A stretch of DNA of 50,312 bases from Pyrinomonadaceae bacterium (GTDB lineage Bacteria; Acidobacteriota; Blastocatellia; Pyrinomonadales; Pyrinomonadaceae): positions 1-50,312 of the forward strand of contig DASSEB010000456.1 in the NCBI GenBank assembly GCA_035696765.1, in the 5' to 3' direction. The number at the start of each line of letters is the position of its first letter. The first letter of the stretch is position 1. The notes beneath the pieces are model-generated. The model made no database searches and had not been told where the DNA came from. It saw nothing but the letters and a program-made list of their open reading frames with translations. Both the position numbers and the translations under genes were made by a program. Positions 42,912 to 50,312 of the stretch are shown here, one piece after another.

Positions 42912-43458
42912 TTAGTTTTTTCGCAGTGTGGCCCACCTTCACTACACCAGCCTGGACAACTTTAGCGTTGATGCCGCGCAGGCAGAGTTGCTTGCCGACT
43001 TCTGAGTTAACAAACTTCATCGCATCAACACCGAAACGAGATACGAACTTGTGACAGCCGGTGTGTGGCAGTGCGCTGACTTCAAGCACCGCTGAACCGA
43101 CTGCTATTCGCGAGCCCGCGGGCAAGTTGTCTTTACTCAAATCCATATCGAGGTAGAGTTGATCGCCTGCGAGTGGCCAGCGCTCCAGCTCTTGCGCGAC
43201 GAGGGCGGTGACGCGAGCGTTCATGATGTTGATCTGCATCTCCGGATGCGGACCACCGTCCGCAGATTTTGAGCTGCCGCGCCTGCTCCAACTGTCGCCA
43301 ATGAGACCGAGGACCGTATCGAGCTCAGCTTCCTCGACAACCTCCCGCTGATCTACCTGTGGACGTCGCACGATCAATTGCAAAACGCCATCGTCTTTCG
43401 GCGCGCCACGCAGATGATCCAGCGCCGCTTCAAGCTCCTGCATCGTTAGGTGTTTCAC
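42883..43458 (-). CDS. MOSC-domain protein
   Basis: C-terminal beta-barrel pattern LPAGSRIAVGSAVLEVSALPHTGCHKF with conserved Cys. Confidence 0.7.
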   Translation of the reverse strand: MKHLTMQELEAALDHLRGAPKDDGVLQLIVRRPQVDQREVVEEAELDTVLGLIGDSWSRRGSSKSADGGPHPEMQINIMNARVTALVAQELERWPLAGDQLYLDMDLSKDNLPAGSRIAVGSAVLEVSALPHTGCHKFVSRFGVDAMKFVNSEVGKQLCLRGINAKVVQAGVVKVGHTAKKLTTNDRGYHG

Positions 43459-43491
43459 GCGCGTTACTATAATCTCAGCGCTAAAATAGAT

Positions 43492-43527
43492 CCACAGATT
43501 ACGAATATAATCCGTGTAATCCGTGGC
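43492..43527. repeat. Family-B palindromic repeat, short copy
   Basis: CCACAGATTACG-aatata-ATCCGTGTAATCCGTGGC. Confidence 0.7.
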
Positions 43528-43628
43528 TGAAGTTCACAACTCTTAACAAATTTTTACCTCGGCTTGACACAGCCCAGGCTCGCCCGGCGTATGCTCTGCC
43601 CGCTGTGCCAACACCTCCGGAGGCTGGG

Positions 43629-45347
43629 ATGAAATTCAAAAGAGAAGGCAACACGCGGTTCCGGCTCTTCCTGACGCTCGGGCTCGCGGTGGTGTTGCCG
43701 GCTTTGACCCTCATCTTCGTCAATTTCCAACACGTCAAATCGATCCAGCGCGACAAGAAGGTCGAGGCATTGATCCATCGCGACTTTCAATACGTGCTTA
43801 CGATCGCCGCGAAGAAGATTAATGGTAAAGCCTACGAACTGACCGAGCAGGCGAGAGATGCTTTTCCTGGCGAAGCCGATTCGGAGGAGGAGAAGCGAAG
43901 AAAGTTTGATCTCATTTTGTCGAAGAGTCCGTGGTTCGCGCATCTGGCTCTCTTCGACGCCAGAGTCGGAGTGACTTATGAGCCGCAACGCGCGCACATG
44001 AACGACGAGCATGCCGACTCGAGCACAATGTATAGCAAGTGGTTGGGGATGGAAGGACCATATCTCGTCCAGCAGATGAGCAAAAAAACCAAACCGATCA
44101 TTTGGTTTGCCGGAGAATCGTATGGTCCAACGGGCGCGGTCTACACGACAACCGCTATCTTCACGTTGCCTCAACCCGCGAAGGATCGAATCGTTTTAGG
44201 AGTCGCAAGCTTCGATGCCGATTACCTAAAGCAGACTTTTTTTCCGCAGTTGCTGGATGAGTTGACTTCGCAAAAGTTTACTGAGGAACGCGAACAACAC
44301 GCCTCGCCGATGTTTCGCGAGTTGACCGTCCAGGAACTGAATGAACACCAGGACCAGCGGCTCGCGATGATGGTCTATCCGTCAGATGCGTTGAAAGCAG
44401 AATACGATCGGCCCCTCGTGACATCGCCGGGTTGGGGCACTGGTAAGCCGGAAGTAACACAGAGTCTCGGCAACCCGTTTAGCGGTCTTTCGTTGGGCAT
44501 CAAGTTTCAAGGGACAACAGCGCGAGCGATCAGCGACCGGTGGGTGTGGCAGAGTTTCATGATTCTCGGAGTGCTGTCCGTGCTGATGATTGGCGGGCTT
44601 GTGTTGACGTACCGCAGCGTCAACAAGCAAGTCGCTCTCGCACGTTTGAAGTCGGACTTTGTGTCGAACGTCTCGCATGAACTTCGTACTCCGCTCGCGT
44701 TAATTCGACTCTATGCGGAAACACTCGAGCTGGGACGCATTACGACGCCGGAAAAGAAAAACGAGTACTACAGCATCATTCGGAAAGAGAGTGAAAGGTT
44801 AAGCGCCTTAATCAACAACATTCTCGATTTCTCTCGCATTGAAGCCGGGCGCAAGGAGTATGACTTCAGAGAAACAGACGTCGCCGAGCTCGTACGCAAC
44901 ACGCTCGACTCCTACCGGTATCAAATCGAGCAGCAAGGCTTCGCACTCGAAGAGCAAATCGAACCCGTTCCGCCTGTGCGCATCGATCGCGAAGCCATCG
45001 CGCGCGCACTTGTCAATCTGGTCAATAATGCACTGAAATATTCCGACAACGAAAAATTTCTGGGCGTCAGGCTGTATCGCGATAAGAGCGTGCTCAAACT
45101 CGAGGTGAGTGATCGCGGGATTGGGATCAAGCGGCATGAACAGTCGCGGATCTTCGAGAAGTTTTATCGCACTGGCGATCCGCTGGTCCATAACACGAAG
45201 GGCAGCGGTCTCGGTTTGTCGCTGGTGCGTCACATCACTCACGCGCACGGCGGCCATGTCGAAGTGGAAAGCACGCCCGGGCGTGGAAGCAAGTTCACGT
45301 TGTCGTTGCCGCTTGCGCAACAACCAGGCACGACCGGCGCCGCGTAA
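43629..45347 (+). CDS. Membrane sensor histidine kinase
   Basis: Two TM segments flank a ~270-aa periplasmic region. H-box FVSNVSHELRTPL, N box NLVNNALKYS, G boxes DRGIGI and GSGLGLSL. ATG at 43629 preceded by GGAGG. Confidence 0.85.
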   Translation: MKFKREGNTRFRLFLTLGLAVVLPALTLIFVNFQHVKSIQRDKKVEALIHRDFQYVLTIAAKKINGKAYELTEQARDAFPGEADSEEEKRRKFDLILSKSPWFAHLALFDARVGVTYEPQRAHMNDEHADSSTMYSKWLGMEGPYLVQQMSKKTKPIIWFAGESYGPTGAVYTTTAIFTLPQPAKDRIVLGVASFDADYLKQTFFPQLLDELTSQKFTEEREQHASPMFRELTVQELNEHQDQRLAMMVYPSDALKAEYDRPLVTSPGWGTGKPEVTQSLGNPFSGLSLGIKFQGTTARAISDRWVWQSFMILGVLSVLMIGGLVLTYRSVNKQVALARLKSDFVSNVSHELRTPLALIRLYAETLELGRITTPEKKNEYYSIIRKESERLSALINNILDFSRIEAGRKEYDFRETDVAELVRNTLDSYRYQIEQQGFALEEQIEPVPPVRIDREAIARALVNLVNNALKYSDNEKFLGVRLYRDKSVLKLEVSDRGIGIKRHEQSRIFEKFYRTGDPLVHNTKGSGLGLSLVRHITHAHGGHVEVESTPGRGSKFTLSLPLAQQPGTTGAA

Positions 45348-45373
45348 GTGAGTTCAGACAGGATTGCAAGATC

Positions 45374-46057
45374 ATGAAAAACAAAATTCTGATTGTTGAA
45401 GACGAACCCGCAATGGTCGCCGGCCTGCGCGACAACTTCGAATACGAAGGTTACGAAGTGATCAGCGCCGAAGACGGTGTCTCCGGCCTCGAGCGTGCGC
45501 TCGCCGACAATCCGGATCTGGTTGTGCTTGACGTAATGATGCCGCGAATGAGTGGGCTCGACGTGTGCAAGCAGTTGAAATCCAAACGCCCTTCTGTGCC
45601 GATCATCATGCTGACTGCCCGCGGGCAGGAGATCGATAAAGTCGTCGGCCTGGAATTAGGAGCTGACGACTACGTCACCAAACCGTTCTCTGTGCGCGAA
45701 CTGATGGCGCGCGTGAAAGCCGTTTTGCGACGTGTCTCGTCGCCCCTGCCGGCGCCTGAGGTTTACCGGTTCAGCGACATTGAAGTGAACATTCGCAGCA
45801 ACGAAGTGCGGCGCAACGGAGACGTGATCGATCTCTCAGCTAAAGAGTTTGCCCTCCTCGCTTACTTCATCGCTCATCCGGTCGAGATATTGAGCCGCGA
45901 TCGCCTGCTTGATGAAGTCTGGGGATATGAAAACTATCCGAGCACGCGCACGGTCGATACGCACATCGTTCATCTGCGACAAAAGCTAGAACCAAATCCC
46001 GAAGAACCACGTTTCATTCTTACCGTTCATGGTAGTGGCTATAAGTTTGTCGGATGA
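45374..46057 (+). CDS. OmpR-family response regulator
   Basis: REC (ILIVEDEP, VVLDVMMP, LTARG) plus winged-helix output (LSAKEFALLAYF...TVHGSGYKF). Confidence 0.9.
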   Translation: MKNKILIVEDEPAMVAGLRDNFEYEGYEVISAEDGVSGLERALADNPDLVVLDVMMPRMSGLDVCKQLKSKRPSVPIIMLTARGQEIDKVVGLELGADDYVTKPFSVRELMARVKAVLRRVSSPLPAPEVYRFSDIEVNIRSNEVRRNGDVIDLSAKEFALLAYFIAHPVEILSRDRLLDEVWGYENYPSTRTVDTHIVHLRQKLEPNPEEPRFILTVHGSGYKFVG

Positions 46058-46069
46058 GGTCTTCTCGTT

Positions 46070-46921
46070 ATGACTCTCCCAGCAATCTTCAGCACAGGTT
46101 TGAGCGCTCGACGTGTAGTCGATTTTCCATCTCACGTCAGAGAACGCGAGCTTGAAGCAAAACTCCAGATACTTCAGCGCGATTATGCGGAACTAAACAC
46201 CGCGATTTTCGAGGCTGCCCAGGTGCACCGGCGATTGTGTGCCCCGAGTCTCGTGCGGCGCGGCGCTTTCCACGTAGCGAGCGAGATCTTTGCAGTTCGT
46301 CACTTGCCGGGAGACTTCTTCAGCGTTGAAGAAACGAGCGAAGGGCTGGTCCTCGCGCTCGGCGACATCGGCGGTAAGGGGCTTGCGGCCGGCATGTGGG
46401 TCACGCATCTCATTGGCCTGCTGCGCACGCACACGGCTGCGAACAGCGATCCGGAAGCGATCGTCGCCGCGGTCAATCGCGATATTGCGTTCTTGTTGGG
46501 TGTCGAGCCGCTGAGCAGTCTGTTCGTGGCGCGTTTGGATCCGAATTCAGGAAGACTCGATTACTGCAACGCCGGACATCCGCCTGCTTTGTTACTGCGC
46601 GCTGATGGACAACTCGAGTTGCTCTCGGTCGGTGGACCAGTGCTCGGCGCCGTGCCTGTAGCCGGTTTCGATCGAGGCAGTGTGAAAATGGAAGGCGGCG
46701 ATTTGCTACTGGCCTGTTCTGATGGCATCTTAGAGTCATTCAACGAAGCAGAGCAGGAGTTCGGCAATGCGCGACTCGAGACTGAGTTACGTCGCGCACA
46801 AGGCGGCTCGGCCAGGTCCGTTCTCTTTTCAGTGCTCGGCGCAGTCCAGGACTTCGCGGCGCCACGCCCGCTCACAGACGATATGACCCTCGTGATCGTG
46901 AAATCCGGTAATCCGTTCTAA
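46070..46921 (+). CDS. PP2C-family (SpoIIE/RsbU-like) serine phosphatase
   Basis: Motifs GDIGGKGLAAG, YCNAGHPP, CSDGILE and TDDMTLVIV. Confidence 0.8.
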   Translation: MTLPAIFSTGLSARRVVDFPSHVRERELEAKLQILQRDYAELNTAIFEAAQVHRRLCAPSLVRRGAFHVASEIFAVRHLPGDFFSVEETSEGLVLALGDIGGKGLAAGMWVTHLIGLLRTHTAANSDPEAIVAAVNRDIAFLLGVEPLSSLFVARLDPNSGRLDYCNAGHPPALLLRADGQLELLSVGGPVLGAVPVAGFDRGSVKMEGGDLLLACSDGILESFNEAEQEFGNARLETELRRAQGGSARSVLFSVLGAVQDFAAPRPLTDDMTLVIVKSGNPF

Positions 46922-46931
46922 AGAGGAGTTA

Positions 46932-47807
46932 ATGATGACAAACATACTCAAATACTCTCGCGCGCTCTTCGCAATCATGGCGCTTGTAGTTGCTGTCGCC
47001 GCAAACGCAACGGCGTTCGACGGAGAATCTCAATACGCCAAGCTGGACGGAGCGCGCGTTCATTACAAGAGTTACGGAAAGGGTAAGGACGCGCTGGTTC
47101 TGGTCCATGGCTGGACCTGCAATCTCGAGAATTGGCGCGAGCAGATCCCGGAGTTTTCCAAACGGAACAGAGTGATAGCGCTGGACCTGCCGGGTCACGG
47201 GTTGAGTGACAAGCCGCAAGTCTCGTACACGATGGACCTGTTCGCGAATGCGATCGACGCCGTGATGCGCGATGCGAAAGTCGAGCGCGCAGTGGTGGTG
47301 GGCCATAGCATGGGAACGCCAGTGGCGCGACAGTTCTATCGCAAGTACCCGCAGAAGACGCTCGGAATCGTTATCGTGGACGGCGGCTTGCGGCCCTTCG
47401 GCACAAAAGAAATGCGCGAACAGTTTCTGTCGATGTTTCGTGGGCCACAGTACAAGGAGGCGGGCGCGCAGATGTTTGCTCAGATGATGGGCAAGCTGCC
47501 TGCTGCCGACCAGCAACTGATCTCGGCGTCGTTTGCAAACACTCCGCAGCACGTACTGGTCAGCGCGATGGAGAATATGAGCCAGGAGTCGCTCTATACT
47601 CCGGACAAAATAAATGTGCCGGTGTTGGCGTTACTTGCCAAGTCACCGTTTTGGCAGCCCGACACTGAAGAGTTCTTGCACAGCCTTGCTCCCGACCTGG
47701 AGCTCCAGTGGTTCGAAGGGGTGGGCCACTTCATCATGATGGAGAAGCCGAAGGAGTTCAATGAGGCGGTGCTGGCGTTTCTCAACAAAAAAGCTCTCTT
47801 GAAATAA
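46932..47807 (+). CDS. Secreted alpha/beta-fold hydrolase
   Basis: Signal peptide. Oxyanion LVHGW, nucleophile elbow GHSMG, C-terminal catalytic His in GVGHFIMMEKP. Confidence 0.8.
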   Translation: MMTNILKYSRALFAIMALVVAVAANATAFDGESQYAKLDGARVHYKSYGKGKDALVLVHGWTCNLENWREQIPEFSKRNRVIALDLPGHGLSDKPQVSYTMDLFANAIDAVMRDAKVERAVVVGHSMGTPVARQFYRKYPQKTLGIVIVDGGLRPFGTKEMREQFLSMFRGPQYKEAGAQMFAQMMGKLPAADQQLISASFANTPQHVLVSAMENMSQESLYTPDKINVPVLALLAKSPFWQPDTEEFLHSLAPDLELQWFEGVGHFIMMEKPKEFNEAVLAFLNKKALLK

Positions 47808-47832
47808 CAACTGAATTGAAAGGGGAAAGAGT

Positions 47833-48294
47833 ATGGCAGACGTAAAACCGATTCCCGACGGATATCATTCGATAACGCCCTACCTGATTATTGAGGGCGC
47901 GGCCGAGGCGCTGGAGTATTACAAGAAAGCATTCGGCGCGACGGAACTGTTCCGCATGCCGCATGGAGACAAGATTGGCCATGCAGAGATGAAGATTGGC
48001 GATTCACCTTTCATGCTGGCGGACGCGCACGCGGAGATGGGCCACAAAGGACCGAAGTCGCTTGGTGGTTCGCCTGTTGGTCTGATGATCTATGTTGACG
48101 ATTGCGACACGATCTACAAGCAAGCGGTCGAAGCCGGTGCTACAGAGGTCAGGCCATTGCAGGATCAGTTCTATGGCGATCGTTCAGGCACGTTGACTGA
48201 TCCTTTCGGGCACGTTTGGACAATAGCGACGCACAAGGAAGACGTCGCACCGGAAGAGATGGAAAAACGCATGGCCGCCGCTCATGGAGGCTAG
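47833..48294 (+). CDS. VOC-superfamily protein, PhnB-like
   Basis: ITPYLIIEGAAEALEYYKKAFGA...FYGDRSGTLTDPFGHVWTIATH is typical of PhnB/glyoxalase-fold proteins. Confidence 0.8.
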   Translation: MADVKPIPDGYHSITPYLIIEGAAEALEYYKKAFGATELFRMPHGDKIGHAEMKIGDSPFMLADAHAEMGHKGPKSLGGSPVGLMIYVDDCDTIYKQAVEAGATEVRPLQDQFYGDRSGTLTDPFGHVWTIATHKEDVAPEEMEKRMAAAHGG

Positions 48295-48370
48295 CCACAA
48301 AGAGCATAGCTACAAAAAGGCACAGAAAGCACAAAAAATGATTTTGTGCTTTTTTGTGCCTTATTGTGGC
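48294..48370. repeat. Family-A palindromic repeat, full copy
   Basis: GCCACAAAGAGCATAGCTACAAAAAGGCACAGAAAGCACAAAAAA, short loop, TTTTGTGCTTTTTTGTGCCTTATTGTGGC (48342..48370). Starts on the G of the TAG stop at 48292..48294. Confidence 0.85.
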
Positions 48371-49617
48371 AATGCTTGCACTTCTTTGAGGCGACGTTCG
48401 AGAAAACGGCGCTCGCTGTCGTTAGTTACCAACTCGAGCGCGGCTTTGTAACTCTCGGCGGCTTCGTCGTTGGCTCCGAGCCGGCGCAACATGTCGGCAC
48501 GGGCGGCGTGCAGCAGGTGATAATCGTCGAGCTCTCCTGATGCTGCGAGTTCGTCGATGAGCGCGAGCGCCGGCTGCGGACCCTGGGCCATCGCGACGGC
48601 AACCGCGCGATTAAGCGACACGATCGGAGAAGGCATCACTTGTTGCAGTAGGTCGTAGAGCGTCACGATCTGCGGCCAGTTTGTGTCTTCAGCGCGCGCG
48701 GCCTTGCAATGCTCCGCGGCGATCGCGGCTTCGAGTGCGAATGGACCAGGCTCACCGCGCAGCGCCTCTTGGACAAAAGACAGTGCTTCATCGATCTGTG
48801 GCCTGTTCCAGCGCGTGCGATCCTGCTCCTCGAGTATGACGAGATTGCCGTCTTCGTCGAGTCGAGCTTCGCGCCGTGAATCGTGCAACAACATCAGCGC
48901 CACGAGGGCGGTCGCTTCGGCCGGCGGTTTAGGTTCGAGGAGCGTTCTGACCAGACGTCCGAGACGAATCGCTTCGGCGCAGAGGTCGGCCCTGATGAGT
49001 GGCTCGCCGCGAGTCGGCGCATAGCCTTCGGTGAAGATGAGATAGATCGCTGTCAGCACTGCGTCGAGCCGCGCGGGCATGTCGCTCGTATCAGGCACGC
49101 TGAACGGAATTCCAGCATCGCGAATCTTTCGCTTGGCGCGTACGAGGCGTTGGGCCATCGTTGCCGTGGGAACGAGAAATGCACGCGCGATCTCGTCCGT
49201 CTGAAGGCCGCCGAGAGTGCGCAGAGTGAGCGCGACCTGGGCTTCGAGCGATAGCGCGGGATGGCAGCAGGTAAAGATCAGGCGCAGGCGGTCGTCGGGA
49301 ATCTCGCCCATGTCGAGGACGGGAGCTTCGACGATTGGCTCGGAAGCAAAATCCGGATCGGCTTCCAGTTTTTCTTGCAGGCGTGTTTGCCGTCGCAGGC
49401 GATCGATGGCTTTGTGTTTGGCTGTTTGAATGATCCAGGCGCGCGGAGAATCGGGAATGCCGTCCGTTCGCCACTGATCGACGGCCGCCGTAAACGCGTC
49501 CTGTGCGGCATCTTCGGCCAGTTCGAAATCGCCAAACTGGCGTATTAGAGTTGCAACGATCCGGCCCCAATCGGATCGATATACTGAGTCAACAGCAACG
49601 TTAGCGTTTGGAACCAT
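48361..49617 (-). CDS. ECF sigma factor with long C-terminal TPR-like extension (ECF42-type)
   Basis: Region 2 (AEDAAQDAFTAAVDQW...PRAWIIQTAKHKAIDRLRR), region 4 (LGGLQTDEIARAFLVPTATMAQRLVRAKRKI), ~200-aa extension, divergent YCII/DGPF gene. The start is uncertain (49617 or 49677). Confidence 0.75.
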   Translation of the reverse strand: MVPNANVAVDSVYRSDWGRIVATLIRQFGDFELAEDAAQDAFTAAVDQWRTDGIPDSPRAWIIQTAKHKAIDRLRRQTRLQEKLEADPDFASEPIVEAPVLDMGEIPDDRLRLIFTCCHPALSLEAQVALTLRTLGGLQTDEIARAFLVPTATMAQRLVRAKRKIRDAGIPFSVPDTSDMPARLDAVLTAIYLIFTEGYAPTRGEPLIRADLCAEAIRLGRLVRTLLEPKPPAEATALVALMLLHDSRREARLDEDGNLVILEEQDRTRWNRPQIDEALSFVQEALRGEPGPFALEAAIAAEHCKAARAEDTNWPQIVTLYDLLQQVMPSPIVSLNRAVAVAMAQGPQPALALIDELAASGELDDYHLLHAARADMLRRLGANDEAAESYKAALELVTNDSERRFLERRLKEVQALPQ

Positions 49618-49703
49618 GGTGCTCGAGAGTTGATCATAAAAATTTTGCGGCGTGGTGTCGATCCGCGAACTCGCCATTCGATTTAGCAGTGGAGGCAAGA
49701 AAT

Positions 49704-50090
49704 ATGAAATACATGTTGCTGGTTTACCTCGATGAAACAGCGCTGAGCGAAACTGAACGCGAGCATTGCTACGTCGAATCGGCACAGCTTGCACAGGATC
49801 TCAGCGCCAGCGGCAAGTATCTCTCGGCTGGTCCGTTGCATTCGGTTGCGACTGCGACCAGCGTGCGAGTACGTAACGGCAAGCGTTTGGTGACCGATGG
49901 GCCATTCGCCGAAACTCGCGAACAACTCGGCGGCTACTACCTGATCGACGCGCGAGATCTAGATGAAGCGATGACTATTGCCGAGCGAATTCCGGTAGCG
50001 ACAGTGGGAACGATTGAAATCCGGCCGGTGCTGGAGATTAAAGGCTTGCCTGAGCAATCTAAAAACGCAGATAAAGGAAACCGCGAATGA
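49704..50090 (+). CDS. YCII-related (DGPF) domain protein
   Basis: MKYMLLVY start and DGPFAETREQLGGYYLI motif. GGAGG upstream of the ATG at 49704. Confidence 0.8.
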   Translation: MKYMLLVYLDETALSETEREHCYVESAQLAQDLSASGKYLSAGPLHSVATATSVRVRNGKRLVTDGPFAETREQLGGYYLIDARDLDEAMTIAERIPVATVGTIEIRPVLEIKGLPEQSKNADKGNRE

Positions 50091-50312
50091 ACATCTTACT
50101 TTGGATTTTTCAAATACTGTTGGCGCTGACTTTTCTGTTTGCAGGCGGCACCAAGTTAGTCCTGCCGACCGAAGTTTTGAATTCCATGGCACCGCCAAAT
50201 TCGATTCTATTTCCGGGCTGGTTTCTCAAGTTCATTGGTTTGTGTGAAGTACTTGGAGCGCTGGGTTTGATCCTGCCCGGTGTGTTCCACCGGAAGCAAC
50301 ACCTGACGGTAT
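50087..50312 (+). CDS. DoxX-family membrane protein, 3' end cut by window edge
   Basis: Own translation from the ATG at 50087 (ATGA overlap with the YCII stop): MNILLWIFQILLALTFLFAGGTKL...FIGLCEVLGALGLILPG. Not in the supplied ORF table because no stop is reached. Confidence 0.55.
   Translation, partial: MNILLWIFQILLALTFLFAGGTKLVLPTEVLNSMAPPNSILFPGWFLKFIGLCEVLGALGLILPGVFHRKQHLTV

Noticed and set aside
43554-44174. 206-aa minus-strand ORF opposite the histidine kinase N-terminus
   Set aside because: It is a shadow ORF with no motifs. The plus-strand frame continues into clear HisKA/HATPase motifs.
46929-47552. 207-aa minus-strand ORF opposite the alpha/beta hydrolase gene
   Set aside because: It is an Arg/His-rich shadow ORF. 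The plus strand has the HGW and GHSMG hydrolase motifs.
1-50312. Mobile genetic element, prophage or genomic-island boundaries
   Set aside because: No integrase, transposase, recombinase, tRNA attachment site or phage structural genes are visible. The gene content is housekeeping or accessory metabolism with uniform appearance. Composition statistics could not be computed here.

Overview
A gene-dense 50.3-kb chromosomal segment with about 45 protein genes on both strands. I saw no rRNA, tRNA, CRISPR array, transposase or integrase. All protein calls rest on motifs read by eye in the supplied ORF translations; no homology search was possible. The gene content (PEP-CTERM protein, sigma-54 enhancer-binding regulator, ECF42-type sigma with YCII partner, DUF4199-like protein) suggests a soil-type Gram-negative, possibly Acidobacteriota-like; this is a low-confidence inference.

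Genes in order:
- APH-fold kinase plus AGXT2L-like PLP phospho-lyase pair
- secreted metzincin operon
- SGNH lipase
- 4-gene sugar ABC importer
- MDR oxidoreductase
- translationally coupled pair: winged-helix / alpha-beta-hydrolase / degenerate-cyclase fusion protein plus an 803-aa HerA/YjgR-like P-loop ATPase
- FAD oxidoreductase, Sad/YneI-like aldehyde dehydrogenase, PolX
- two unknowns, HIT protein, VOC protein, EamA transporter
- SOS locus: lexA with a coupled small ORF, family-4 UDG divergent from imuA-imuB-dnaE2
- minus-strand block: hybrid histidine kinase, NtrC-type regulator, PEP-CTERM protein behind a near-consensus sigma-54 promoter, small ORF, CheY-like regulator
- HtrA protease, cupin, MATE, DJ-1/PfpI, MOSC
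- HK / OmpR-RR / PP2C phosphatase operon, alpha/beta hydrolase, VOC
- ECF42-type sigma, YCII, DoxX

Most unusual observations:
1. An orphan unit of about 0.5 kb running from a promoter to a terminator (22559..23088). It has no credible ORF and is packed with GAAA/UUCG-capped hairpins, so it is a candidate large structured ncRNA. It does not look like RNase P, tmRNA or SRP RNA.
2. The regulator/hydrolase/pseudo-cyclase plus HerA-like ATPase two-gene module (11467..15680).
3. Two families of short-unit palindromic intergenic repeats (GCCACAAAAAGGCACAAAA type and CCACGGATTACACGGATT type). They sit at gene ends, form long hairpins, and in several cases supply the stop codon or the last codons of the adjacent gene.
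4. Candidate operators around lexA and between UDG and imuA.
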